Shown: piece by piece, positions 49,161 to 61,100 of the stretch | How the letters are laid out: the number at the start of each line of letters is the position of its first letter | Position numbering within the stretch: the first letter of the stretch is position 1 | Source: Felis catus | Taxonomy: Eukaryota | DNA: 64,000 nucleotides | Assembly: GCF_018350175.1 (NCBI RefSeq) | Contig: NC_058368.1 | Location: 234,920,001-234,984,000 of the forward strand | Reading direction: 5' to 3' | Translations under genes and position numbers: made by a program | The notes under the pieces: model-generated | What the model saw: the letters and a program-made list of their open reading frames with translations, nothing else | What the model was told of the DNA's origin: nothing | Database searches by the model: none

Positions 49161-50344
49161 TAGATATAATGAAACAAATCCTTAATGATTATTGATGAAC
49201 AAGATTCAGAATGAAGTTCGGCCAATATGTTTCACCAGGAGGTTTTAATGGAAACACTTTATCCTAGTTAATAATCCTCAGCAGCCAGGTTTGCTCTGGA
49301 AAGCAAACATTGAAGTCATAACAACAAGAAAAGAAACATATCCCCAAACCCTTGAATCCAAACGGCAGAGATTTATGTCACTATTGTCCCTCTGTGGGGC
49401 TGGCTCGTGTTCCGCGGTGCATTTTCCCGTGAAGGGAAAATCACGAAGCCATTCAGTTCCTCCGGTGGCAGCTCGCAGACACTTAAATCTGATGACACAG
49501 AACAAATGTCCAAAAGGGATTCCAGTCGTGCAGATTAATTAAGGTGCAGACACGTCGAATGCAAACAGCGTTCTCATGAGAAACAAAGCTGAATATAACC
49601 AGGTGTCATAAAGTAAGTCGCTCTTCCCCGGAGGAGGGAGAAGGGAGAAGGCATCACTTCCCCATCGGGTGTGAAGGAGGGTTTGTCTGCATCCCATTGG
49701 AAGACAGGATTTGAGGATGGCTTTTCTCCAAAGATACAGTCAAAAGCACCTTGTGGCAAATAGCATGTAGTCGCTGCGTTTTCTAGCAAAGAGGGCTCCT
49801 AGGTGAATTGATTTTTGAAGCCTGTAAGGAATAGAGGAAGAGAAAACAAAGCACAAGTAGGATAATGGAGTCTAATGCTAACAGGTGGAGACTCACCATG
49901 AGGGTTTTCAGAGGAAGGAAGGGACCCGAGGAACACAGCCGTTGCAGGGCGGACTGCGGGTGTAGACCGTGTGTGCTCATCCCAGGCCTCATAGTGCCCC
50001 TCGAGGGGACGAGTGATTCCGCTCTTCTCCCCACAGCGACTCTCGGGGATGCCACTACACCTATGCAGACCCTTGAGCCTGGTCCTCGCTAAGTAGAGAC
50101 CAGTTTTGGATTTGGAATGTCTTAGCGAGCTACAGTTCCCTGACCCAGGTAGTTTAGACACGTTATCTCCCTCCCATCCTGAACATGCAGCATTAGTGTC
50201 CCTAGGTTGTGAGAAAAGACCTTGCCCAAGAAGAAGGAGAAGTCCTGGGGCCAGGTCTCTAAGGACCCTGATGTTCCCACCGCACACACAGACCTCCCTG
50301 GGCTTGGGTCTAGCCTTTGGAACTCCATACAAACTTATCTCCAC

Positions 50345-50367
50345 ATTTTTTTAATGTTTTATTTCTT

Positions 50368-50417
<50 letters not shown>

Positions 50418-50560
50418 AGAGGGAGACACAGGATCCTAAGCAGGCTCTAGGCTCTGAGATGTCAGCACAGAGCCCGACATGGGGCTTGAACCCAGAAACC
50501 ATGAGATTTTGACCTGATCGGAAGTCAGATGCTTAATCGACTGAGTCATCCAGGCACCCC
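50345..50560 (-). mobile_element. Can-SINE with (GA)n; left arm of inverted pair
   Basis: Antisense SINE. Confidence 0.93.
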
Positions 50561-50588
50561 TCAAATTCTGGTTTTAAAAAGTGGAGAT

Positions 50589-50805
50589 GAGACACCTGGG
50601 AGGTTCAGTCAGTTGAGCATCTGACCTTGGTTCAGGTCAAAATCTCATGGTTCGTGGGTTCGAGCCTCTTGTCTGGCTCTGTGCTGACAGCTCAGAGCCT
50701 GGAACCTGCTTCGGATTCTGTGACTCTCTCACACTCTGACCCTCCCCCGCTCGCACTCTGACTCTCCGTCTCTCTCTCTAAAAAATGAATAAACGTTAGA
50801 AAAAG
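50589..50805 (+). mobile_element. Can-SINE; right arm of inverted pair
   Basis: Sense SINE. Confidence 0.93.
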
Positions 50806-51214
50806 TTTTAAACCAGAATTTGGAAGTTAGATACACATATGCTATCAACACTTGTATATGCATGATGGCCTAGTGGATTGTGTACGAGACTTAATACAGA
50901 ACAAACATATTTAATTGGAAATTAAAAGCCCAGAGTCTGGTCCTTCTTTTCAAACTAGCTGTTGAGTCTTTATTTCCTAATAATTAAAATGAGAACGATA
51001 TCTGTTCTGGCTATGTGGGTGGTATTGTGGAAACTAAAGAGACAGTAGATGTGGATGTGCTAAATAGATGTGCAGAAGTATCAAGTGGGAAGGATTTTTT
51101 CCCCCTAATGTGGCCAGAGTTAAAGAGTCATAGAATCTAAGTACTGAGTGCTAGCCAAAGTTATCTGGTTGAAAATCCCCTCAATCTAAGAAACTATTCT
51201 ATAGAACCATTGAC

Positions 51215-51420
51215 TCATCCATCCACCCATCCGTCCATCCATCCATCCACCCATTCATCCACTCAATACCACATCCACAAATTACAAATGTTTATTAAGA
51301 ATCTACTTTTCTCTAGACATCATGCATTAGGCCTGGGTGTTCAGTGATATAGCATGCATGATCTCTGCCCTTATGATTTTTGGTGAGGAAGAAAGATGGT
51401 AAATGATCACTTTGAAGAAA
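51215..51420 (-). mobile_element. L2 3' end with (CCAT)n
   Basis: catccatcc..aaatgtttattaagaatctact..tctctgcccttatg. Confidence 0.6.
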
Positions 51421-51609
51421 AAGGAGAGATTGGGAATAATGGCAGCACCCATTAATGGAAAGTATTGAGAATCATAGCTGAACAGGGCTTAGGGACACCT
51501 CAGGCTAATGCCCTCTGCTTTCAACTAATATCTGTTGCCAGTGAGTGTCGGAGGTCAGTCAAAATTAGGAAAAAGAGTGGATTGTCCAATGTATGCTTTG
51601 AAATTTTAA

Positions 51610-51832
51610 TTTTTTTTTAAATTTTTTTTCAACGTTTATTTATTTTTGGGACAGAGAGAGACAGAGCATGAATGGGGGAGGGGCAGAGAGAGAGGGAGAC
51701 ACAGAATCGGAAACAGGCTCCAGGCTCCAAGCCATCAGCCCAGAGCCTAACGCGGGGCTCGAACTCCCGGACCGCGAGATCGTGACCTGGCTGAAGTTGG
51801 ATGCTTAACCGACTGCGCCACCCAGGTGCCCC
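51610..51832 (-). mobile_element. Young SINEC_Fc-type SINE
   Basis: Near-consensus; TSD gaaattttaatttt. Confidence 0.95.
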
Positions 51833-52000
51833 GAAATTTTAATTTTAATAATTTAACTAAATATTAATAACCTTTCTAAGTAAAGTCTTTAGAAGATATG
51901 TTAAATATATAACAATATTTTCAATTAGCATAAATTTACTTGCTTCTGGTATCGTTGTAATATTAGCCTTAGAATCTTATGTATGTTATGAAATTCTTCG

Positions 52001-52540
52001 TATAGTAGGGAGAATAATGGGCCCCCAAGGATGTCCACAGTCTAATCCCAGGAACCTGAGGATATGCTACTTTACTTGGCAAACTAAATTTTGCAGATGA
52101 GATTAAGATGATGGGTCATGGGTCTTGAGATGGGGAGATTTTCTTGGATTAGTTGAGTGTATGAATTCTGATCACACCAACCCTCAAAAGCAGAGAAGCC
52201 GGAGAGATACAACACGAGGGGGCCTCAGCCACTGTTGCTGGCTTTGAGGATGAAGGAGTGGGCCGTGATCTCTGGGACAAAGATTTGGAATGGCCCTCAG
52301 CTGACAGCAAGTATGAAGATGAGCACTTGAGTCCCACAGTCTCAAGACACTGAATTCTGCCAACAACACAAAGAAGTCTCCAGAAGCTGGGAAAGACCGG
52401 CAAGGAAGATAGGCTACTGATCCCTTGACTTCAGCCCAGTGAGAGCCTTGTCGGACTCCTGACCTTCAGAATTATAAGATGATGCATTTGTGTTGTTTTA
52501 AATCTGCAGGGATTTATTATGGCAATGATGGAAATGTACT
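52001..52540 (+). mobile_element. MLT1D/E-like MaLR solo LTR
   Basis: gtagggagaataatgggcccccaaggatgtccac..ttttgcagatgagattaag..ttgctggctttgaggatgaagg..gactcctgaccttcagaattataagat. Confidence 0.85.
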
Positions 52541-53460
52541 GGCTAAGAAATGTAATGAGTGAGTTTCTGTGCAGTACAGGCCTGGGGACCAGAAATACGA
52601 TTTGAGTTTATCATATCAAATATCCTTTCCTCTCCCACCTACGTCCCAAAGTTTAGTTGGGAGAGAGAGGTACACTATCAGCTACAGGACCTTCTGCCAG
52701 GGACTCCTTCATGGCCCAGGATAAAGAGTCCCCATCGCTGTTTGCTATCACTCTTCTGTTTCCACTGAGGTCTCAAAAGGGTTGATGCCATGGCCATTCC
52801 TACAACACATGGGAATTTTTCTCCGCAGAAAATGGCTGAACTTTGCTGAGGGGCTTTCATGCAATCTGGAACCTTTTGGTTTTGGAACTTACCTTTCCTT
52901 ATTAACTTCCAAAGACTTCCATTTCCCCCCAGTAGCTAGTGCCGGAAATGTAAGTAACAGATTTCAACTTAACCCCCAGAAAGGACCACAATGACAAATG
53001 GCTTATGGGTCAAATTCACAGCAGCAGGTGTGTTCGGGGAGCACCAGTACTGATGGAAAACACCATGGCTCCAGAGTTTCAGGATGGAGAACAAATTGAA
53101 AATCATGGCTCCAGATGTGGAATTTGCTGGCATTTCTCAGTGACAGCTTTGTGAGCCTTTCCAAGCCCTCCAATTATGTTGTGCAAAATATTGCCCTCAC
53201 CTGCTCTAGCCACACCTGGACCGCTCTGGACGAGACTCGGTTCCTCTCCCATGAATCCCCCTGCTGCCTCTCCCGTGGCCTGTTTGTTCTGCTTTGCGGA
53301 CTGTGTCTGAGTCATTTCTGTGGAAATGGTCACACCTGACCCCCTCACTCCTCTCTTCCAAACCCAGCTAAGACTCAGGGTGGAAATTTGTAAGTGCAGG
53401 TTTTTACCAGTATTTACATCACACTAAATTAAAACCCCTAAATTTCAAGCCAGCAGTCCC

Positions 53461-53480
53461 TTTTTTAAAAAAAAATTTTT

Positions 53481-53529
<49 letters not shown>

Positions 53530-53656
53530 CTTAAGCAGACTCCATGCTCACTCAGTGTGGAGCCCGACCTGGGACTCGAAGTTGCGGACCACGAGATCAT
53601 GACCTGAGCTGCAATCAAGAGTTGGATGTTCAACGGACTGAGACCCCCAGGCACCC
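53461..53656 (-). mobile_element. Can-SINE with long (GA)n
   Basis: Antisense SINE. Confidence 0.9.
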
Positions 53657-54292
53657 GAAATTGGAAGTCCTTTTATCTATAAACTTTCAACTAGAAACTT
53701 TTCATTTATTTTTCTGATTTAGATTTCCTTTTATTTCTCTGTAAGTGCTCGTGGCAATAATTATTTAATACGTGTTTTCTCAAAATACATTGGTCAGCAA
53801 AATAACCAGGTCATTACATCCCCACCCTGGGGATGATGGCTCCCTGTCATCTTTACAAAGTTCCTCCTTCTGGATTCTGGGGACAGCTCCCCTTCCGGAG
53901 AGTCTGCCAGTCCAAGTTGCCCCCGAGCAAGGAGAAAGGTGTCCAGGGTGGTGCCTGTGGCAGTACAAGCACTGTGAAGGAGGGGCGGGGGCAAGCACCC
54001 ACTTCTGAGTGGAAATCGGGAAGTAAAAGGTAGAGCAGTTCTCAGATATCACCACGTCCTAGGGTGGGGTTGCCAGGGTGCAGGGGGAGCTAAAAGTCTC
54101 TGCTGTATATCAGGAAATGGGAGATAGTGTTGTTTGATGAACAAGAAACAGGAATGCAAAGTCAGAGGTAGAACAAAGGTTTGACATCGGAGAGTTGTGT
54201 CAAAACTAACCGAATCAATTGCATGGAAATCCACCAGAGAAGTTTTGAGAAGAATAAAAGGCTAGTCCCATTTTCCAAAAAATCTTATTGGT

Positions 54293-54510
54293 GGGGTGCA
54301 CCGGGGTGACTGAGTCAGTTGAGCATCTGACTCTTGAGTTCAGCACAGGTCACGATCTCACAGTTCATGGGCTCGAGCCCTGCATCGGAGTCTGTGCTGA
54401 GCATGGAGTCTGCTCGGGGTTCTCTCTCTCCCTCTGCCCCTCATCTGGGCTCTCTCCCTCTCCCTCTCTCTTTCTCCCTCTCTCTTTCTCTCTCTCCCCC
54501 TCAAAAAAAT
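54293..54510 (+). mobile_element. Can-SINE
   Basis: Sense SINE; approximate TSD aaaaaatcttatt / aaaaaatcctatt. Confidence 0.92.
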
Positions 54511-54519
54511 CCTATTTCT

Positions 54520-54685
54520 GGGATTAAAAGGTACAAATGTCCAGTTATAAAAAATACTCATGAACATGTGATGCACGACATACGGAATATAGTCAGTATT
54601 AGTGTAACAACTTCGCCTAGTGACAGATGGTAACTAGGCTTATCATGAGGATCGTTCTGGAATCTACAAAAATATTAAATTGCTA
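54520..54685 (+). mobile_element. L1 3'UTR fragment (L1MA9/L1_Carn-like)
   Basis: gggattaaaaggtacaaatgtccagttataaaaaat..gtgacagatggtaactag. Confidence 0.75.
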
Positions 54686-54807
54686 GGGGCACCTAGATGG
54701 CTCAGTCGGTGAAGTGTCTGACTCTTGATTTCGGCTCAGGTCATGATCCCAGGGTTGTGGAATGGAGACTTGTGTCACGATCTGTATGAGTGTGGAGCCT
54801 GCTTAAG

Positions 54808-54864
<57 letters not shown>

Positions 54865-54912
54865 GCCCCCTCCCTTGCTCATGCACACTGTCTATCTCTA
54901 AAACAAACAAAA
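54686..54912 (+). mobile_element. Can-SINE with long (CT)n
   Basis: Sense SINE. Confidence 0.92.
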
Positions 54913-55195
54913 TATATATATATTTCCCCCTTTTCCAGAGTACCCATTAGTTCATTGTTTTAAACAGTGAGCTTACCCAGTTTATACAGAATGCAATTCC
55001 ATTGTGGAGACAGGCAACTACTGTGTAGGGAAACCAGGGACACCTGCCCAAAGGTAAGGGCTCCCCAGTAAAGAGTCTGTGACTTTTAAGGGAGTCTTGA
55101 AGCCAATCTAAGTAAAAGGGATGCCAACTCTAAATCCATGTTGCCCTGTAACCAAAAATAAGCCCCCTTTGGACAATGTTTTTTGGTGGGTGGGT

Positions 55196-55199
<4 letters not shown>

Positions 55200-55236
<37 letters not shown>
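55200..55236 (+). repeat. (GT)n microsatellite, ~18 units
   Basis: Direct read. Confidence 0.95.
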
Positions 55237-55238
<2 letters not shown>

Positions 55239-57769
55239 CATAATGGAAAGGGCAAGAGAGGGTCTGGTTGAGGGAGAAGAGGAACCAAGGGAAGTGAATG
55301 GCGTCTATCTCTCCCTTGTCCACACATCTGCTCTGAGCCAGCTAGGAGCCCAGCGGGCATTCTGGAAGCCTCCGGGGGTGGGTTCCTCTCCTCCCCTGCC
55401 CTCCACTTGTCTGTTTATAACCTGTATTTCCTTCCAGGAGGGGTGGAATATACACATTTTATTTCTAATCTAGATAGTTACTGTTTTCAGTAACTGAGTT
55501 CTAGAACATCACTTTTGCATCTTTTCTAAATCTGAGAGAGGGTGGATCTCTATGTTCCTATCTTAGAAATCACCCGCGCACAAACCAAGTCACTACCGTT
55601 TTGAAAATTCCACTACGTGTAATCATGTAAATCATCAAATTTCATCAGTGAGTTTGGGTAACTCTTCCTTCCTCCCTTCACTGTACACTCCGTAAGGCAA
55701 GCAGATCCTGTGCTTATAATTTCCATCTAATTTCAATTTCAAAGAAATTACTGTTTCAATTCTGTTCCCAATTAAAACAGCTGGGGCCCACAGCGAATTC
55801 TATGAGGCATCCAAAGATTCCGCATTTCAGCATAAGTAGGTAGGAATGACAAATTGTTAACGTAAGTCCTAAGTGTCCATCCAGTGATTCGAGATTATTC
55901 TGGAATGAACTTTCACGAGAAAGGCGAAAAGAAGCAGAGCAAATAAGCACGGCCCCCAAAAGTCAGTGTTCCCAAATTCTGTCAGTTCTGTAACCCTCCT
56001 CCTTCCGGGTATGGCTGACTCAGCCAAATGATTACCTCAGTGATATTCTCTGGAGTGTCCCGCTGCTACCAAGGTGTATCAGAGTTGAAGAGTTCCCGAA
56101 GCAAGTGTTTGAGATGCAGAGAAACCATACGATTGCTGGTCCCTGTGCTGGTGGCCCCGCAAAGCACCTTCGACTTGATTCATTCAAGCCAGGATTCAAG
56201 AAGATACTGTAGAGGCATTTTGTACCCTTCCGGAGTGCACTGACATATGCCAACAGTTCTGGAACCATGACATGTCAACGGAGCCATAAATCCATACGGT
56301 CAGTTTGCAGACCTCACTTGGCCGTGAAAATCTACAGCTGTGAAGAACAGAGAGACGTGAGTCAGAGGACTCAGATTTTCCTTTTGATATCAAAGCCAGT
56401 AATCTGTGTTTTTGTGTAAGGTATTCCAAATTCACCAAGGTCATCAGTGCTCATGAATACATGGCCTTGTAATGAAGTTAATGAGTTTGTTTTGAATTTC
56501 GCATTAGACTCAGGTTCACTAAATGACTATTTTGACCTCTTTTTTGAAAGGATAAAAAATTATTTAGATCAATAGATGAGCATCCATTTCAAAAAATATG
56601 CTAAAACTTAATTACTAATTTCAAAAATTTTTTTCTTAGTGGATGTTACTGGTTACTGCTTTTTGATTGGATTTCATCCATACAATGTGATCAAGTTTTC
56701 AGAAATTGCTTTTTTAAAAAAGCCACTCCTTTCTATGGGATTACAACTTCAAAAATATTTCTTATTGTTGGAAAACAGTCATATTTTAAAAACTGTTCCA
56801 AAGCTGCTGGTATTTTTGAAATTTACTTTGTAAATTAGGATCGATGATTAGCAATTTTTGCTGCCAAATATATCATTTATTTCAGTTTTGCAGGATGTGC
56901 TTGGACTTCTCCACCACACCCAGGAAGGCCCAGGCAGTCTGTTTTATTAACTTAAATATGAACGTAAAGCCAATTTGGCTTATCAGCATTTGAGCCTGAA
57001 AATGGATCCTGTAACATTCCTCTCCGAAATAAGCATCCTGAAGTCAGAGGAACATGCTTGCCCTATTTGAGCAATGCTCCTGTGTTTTTAAATCCAGACT
57101 GGGGCCTTGAGACCTGAGAAGTGTAAATGTTCCTGTGGCAACCCGAGATAGATGGCTCGGGAAACCCGGGGCTGATGAGCAGACATCCTCAATCACCTGG
57201 AAGACAATCCACCGTCAAAACAATTGGTTTGGACCCCAGGGTTTGTACACGCCCTTCTCCTGTTTTTCTAGATTCCTTCTTGTTTTTAGTCCTTACTCCT
57301 GAATTTTTCTTGGGCCTGAGCTTACTTTCATCATTCTAACAAGTGCCTCATTTTCATTTTCTGGTCTTCCCTGTGCCTGGTTTTCTTCTCACTCATTTGG
57401 TTTACAATTTGCTTATAACATTACACCTTCATCCATGATCTTTTTTTTTTTTTATCTCAGCTGGTTCTACGTGGAACCTCTAGGTTTTACCCCAGTACAC
57501 ATCACAGGTAAAGCAGCCACCCAGCAGTCACCTATTCTTTAATCCTGGGAGGTCGTGCATTTCTCTTCTGATCCCCTTCTTGGTTCCAAAATCTGTCACA
57601 TATGTGACAGATGCTGCATATAGACACAGAATTCACCAAAACTACTGGTTTAGTAAATAGAACCCAATTTATTTAGTAAATAGAAACCCAATAGAGTATT
57701 GGGTTTACAGAAACACAATCCATTTTCATTGCTGTAAGTGGGAAAATGGTGGTCTTCCCTGGAGTGGTT

Positions 57770-58290
57770 CATTTATTCTTTATTCATTCAGCTGTTCACC
57801 AAGTCACATATTCACTCAACAATTCATTCCAACACTCAATCACTTATTTATCCAGCCCTTACATAGTTATTGAGAATCTACTGTTTATGTGGTGCCGTCC
57901 TAGATCCTGGGGAGGCAGCAATGAATAAAGAAAATTTAAATCCTTATCACTATGCAGTTGACTACGTCAGAAGGTAATACGGGCAATGGAAAAGAAGGGG
58001 GCAGAAATGTCTAGGAAGGAGGGATGTTCAGCTTTTAAGAGGGTAGGCTGGGAAGGGCTCATAGAGAACGCAAGCACTGTAAGTCAGAGGGGACAAGGCA
58101 GAACCAGCAAAGGACCCCGAGCAGGAAAGGACGGCCAGGAGATGGCAGAGTCCTGGAGCCAAAGGGGGACAGTCTCAGGAAGGAGCAGGGAGAGGCGGGG
58201 GGCAACTGGCCCTGTGCTGCCAGGTCAGGTGAGATACTGGCTGTGCATGTGTGATGTGTAGAGAGCAGAGTTGTGGGTCAGAAGGATTCT
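57770..58290 (-). mobile_element. L2 3' fragment
   Basis: cattcattca..ttattgagaatctactgtttatgtggtgccgtcctagatcctgggga..gcaatgaataa. Confidence 0.7.
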
Positions 58291-60384
58291 GTTCTGGAAG
58301 CCTGGGCACATCTCGGTATCTGTGCACTCCCCCGAAACAGAGATAATCCACCCCGCTGGGACCCATTACCAGTGCTTGCCAAGACTCCCAGTTCTCCGTT
58401 CCTGCTGCACCCCCACAGAGGGGAAGGATGCCCGTTTTGGCCCATGCGCTGTGTCGCTTTGGGGAAGCGATTCCATGCTGTTGGTGACTCCCCGTGTTCT
58501 TTCCTCCCTCTGTGGTGACCCGGAAGGCTGGTCCAGATGGAAGAGCCACAATGGGAGCAGCTGCGGACGTCAGTCTGACACACGGAGCCAGGGGCTTGGG
58601 CAGGCTGGCCGTGGACTGGGTGGGACCAGAAACGAACTGAGGTTTGGTGTTCGTCACCTTGGCAAACTCCGCCCTACCCTGACACGTACAATTTCTCATG
58701 GGATTATCCTCAAATGGGGAAGAGCTTGGAAAGCCCCTGGTGCAGAGTCGTGGACAGTGTCTTGTCCCTCAGGAGAGTTGAAGTCCAGACCACGTGGTTT
58801 TATTTAATAACCTGAGAGCCTTTCCGGGACGCTTGGTTCACTGACTCAATGAGCCTATCTGAGAAAGTGCCCTTCGCTTTCCTCCTGTTGGGGGACACTA
58901 ACAAATACCGGCCGCCACGCTCTGGCAGGCTCAGCATGCTACTCCGTGGTGACCAGTCGCCCCGGGCTCACTCACCCACAGAGTCCGGGCCAGCTGGCGA
59001 GGATATGTCCCCTCCCCTTTCCCTCTGTATCTCACCACCTGTAACTGACGGGCCGCCCCCCGCTCCCCTTTGCACACACGCACGCTCACACGCAGGCACA
59101 CACACTGAATGCTGGTAACGCCCAGGACACGCCACGTGAGCAAGGTCGCAGCTCTTTGCTGGCCTTGACCGGCCCTGCGGGGCAGAAGTGGGCTCGGAGG
59201 GCTGACAATCCCCCACCCTGGATGTGCTCTGCTGCGGTTCGAGGGCTTGATGTGCCCACCAGCGTCCCCCAGAGCTCATGTCGCACAGGCTGCTGGCCGT
59301 TCCAGAGCCCCCCTGCCTCGATGCTGCTGGCTGGTCTCCAGGACGGCGGCTAGAGGCTCACGCCCGCACACAGAGCCTCTCTCCGCCTCCAGAGTGCTGC
59401 CCCGGTGCTGGATTTGTGTCCCTGCCGCTGGGTTCGGGGACCGTTAAAGACATAGTTGTTAGAGCAGAGAAGCCACGTGGTGACGCGTGTCCACATGTGC
59501 ACGCGCGTGCATGCACGCGTGCATTTTCCGCATGGGATGACTGGGCAGCTGCAGGAAACTATTCATGGGAGTGATTTGGCCCTTCAGTCACCGAGGCACC
59601 AAATACTCCTAAAGGATCCAGGGTGTGTCTGAGCCGCAGCAGAGGCAAGGGCTATGCCGGACAAGACGACACATCCTCGTGGCGGGTTGTGGTTCTCATC
59701 TGCCTCCATCAGCCTCCACGAGACGCCGGCTCTCCGAGACAACACCCGACCTTTAACCAACCAAAGGACAAGGACGTGTGGTCACGGAGTGGCTTTGTCT
59801 CTCCTTTAGCCAAAGGGAAACGGCTCAAACAGCGACATGCACATAAGTGCACACAAAGAGTACTAGTGGTTTCTGAGTATCTTTCATTGGCACACATGCC
59901 TCGTTTCTTCTTCTCCCATTTCTCGTGCCCGACATGGGGTCTGGGAGCATTTTTCATCTTGAAATGGAAGCAGAAAAGTACTGACACGGCGCCAAGGTGA
60001 TGCCGGGGAGGAAAGCTCCCAGGGAACAAGCCACGGGGACTTGTTCGAGCCACGTCCACAACTGACACGGTGAAAGGAAAGATGCTCTGTTATCCAGGGA
60101 ATTCTAGCACGCTGTACGGTGAACCCACATGACAACTCCTTGCTTCACCCACTCCCAAACCCCCGACCTCCAAACAGTTGTCCGGGCGACAGACCGAGAC
60201 CTCGACAGGACAGCTCTCTACGGCAGCCTACAAAGGTTACAGTAGATTCAAGTGCACCTGCGTCCACACGGAAACATGGTTTTTATTCCAGGGAATTTTT
60301 TTTTTTTTTGCTCAGGACGTTTTATTTATTTCCATGTTTCCTTATTTTTTTAATCCGTTCGTTGCTCATTCAAACGTTGATTTT

Positions 60385-60595
60385 AATTCACATTTATCTG
60401 GTCGTTATTTTGTGCCAGGCAAACTATACTAAGTGCTTTTATACTTTAACTCTAAGAAGTAGGTATCTTGGTACAAGAGAATAGTTAAGCTCAAAAAAGT
60501 TAACTAATGGCCTAACATCACACATCTGGTGATCACAGAGCTGAATATTGGCTCCAAGCCTATCTGACTTCTGAAACTCTAACCGTTCCTCTGTA
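60385..60595 (-). mobile_element. MIR
   Basis: tgtgccaggcaaactatactaagtgctttt..aaagttaactaatggcctaacatcacacatctggt..ccaagcctatctgact. Confidence 0.75.
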
Positions 60596-60734
60596 TTGCC
60601 CCTTTCACCTCTCTCTGAACACATAGGTTATTATAAATGACAAAAATCAGTCTTCCTATTTGAAGATACCTAAATTGTGAATGACTTGCTTCCTAGCTAT
60701 GGCTCCTCCATTATAGAAAAAAAGCCTTGTATGC

Positions 60735-61100
60735 AAGTCAGGCAGAGAAAGACAGATATCATATGTTTTCACTCATATATGAAACTTGAGAAACGTAACA
60801 GAAGACCATGGGGGAGGGGAAGGGGGAAAAATAGTTACAAACAGAGAAGGAGGGAGGCAAACCATAAGAGACTCTTAAATACGGAGAACAAACTGCGGGT
60901 TGATGGGGGGTCGGGGAGGGGGGGCAGTGGGGGATGGGCATCGAGGAGGGCACCTGTTGGGACGAGCACTGGGTGTTGTATGGAAACGATGAACCATGGG
61001 AATCTACCCCCAAAACCAAGAGCACCTTTACACACTGTATGTTAGCCAATTTGACAATAAATTATATTTAAAAAAAATAAAAATAATAAATAATAAAAAA
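60735..61100 (+). mobile_element. 5'-truncated carnivore/feline L1 3' end
   Basis: aagtcaggcagagaaagacagatatcatatgttttcactcat..gagaacaaactgcgggttgatgg..ttgacaataaattat and A tail. Confidence 0.95.

Noticed and set aside
58175..58807. Overlapping 174-aa and 178-aa ORFs on opposite strands
   Set aside because: GC-rich sequence partly overlapping an L2 relic; no recognisable domain or splice structure.
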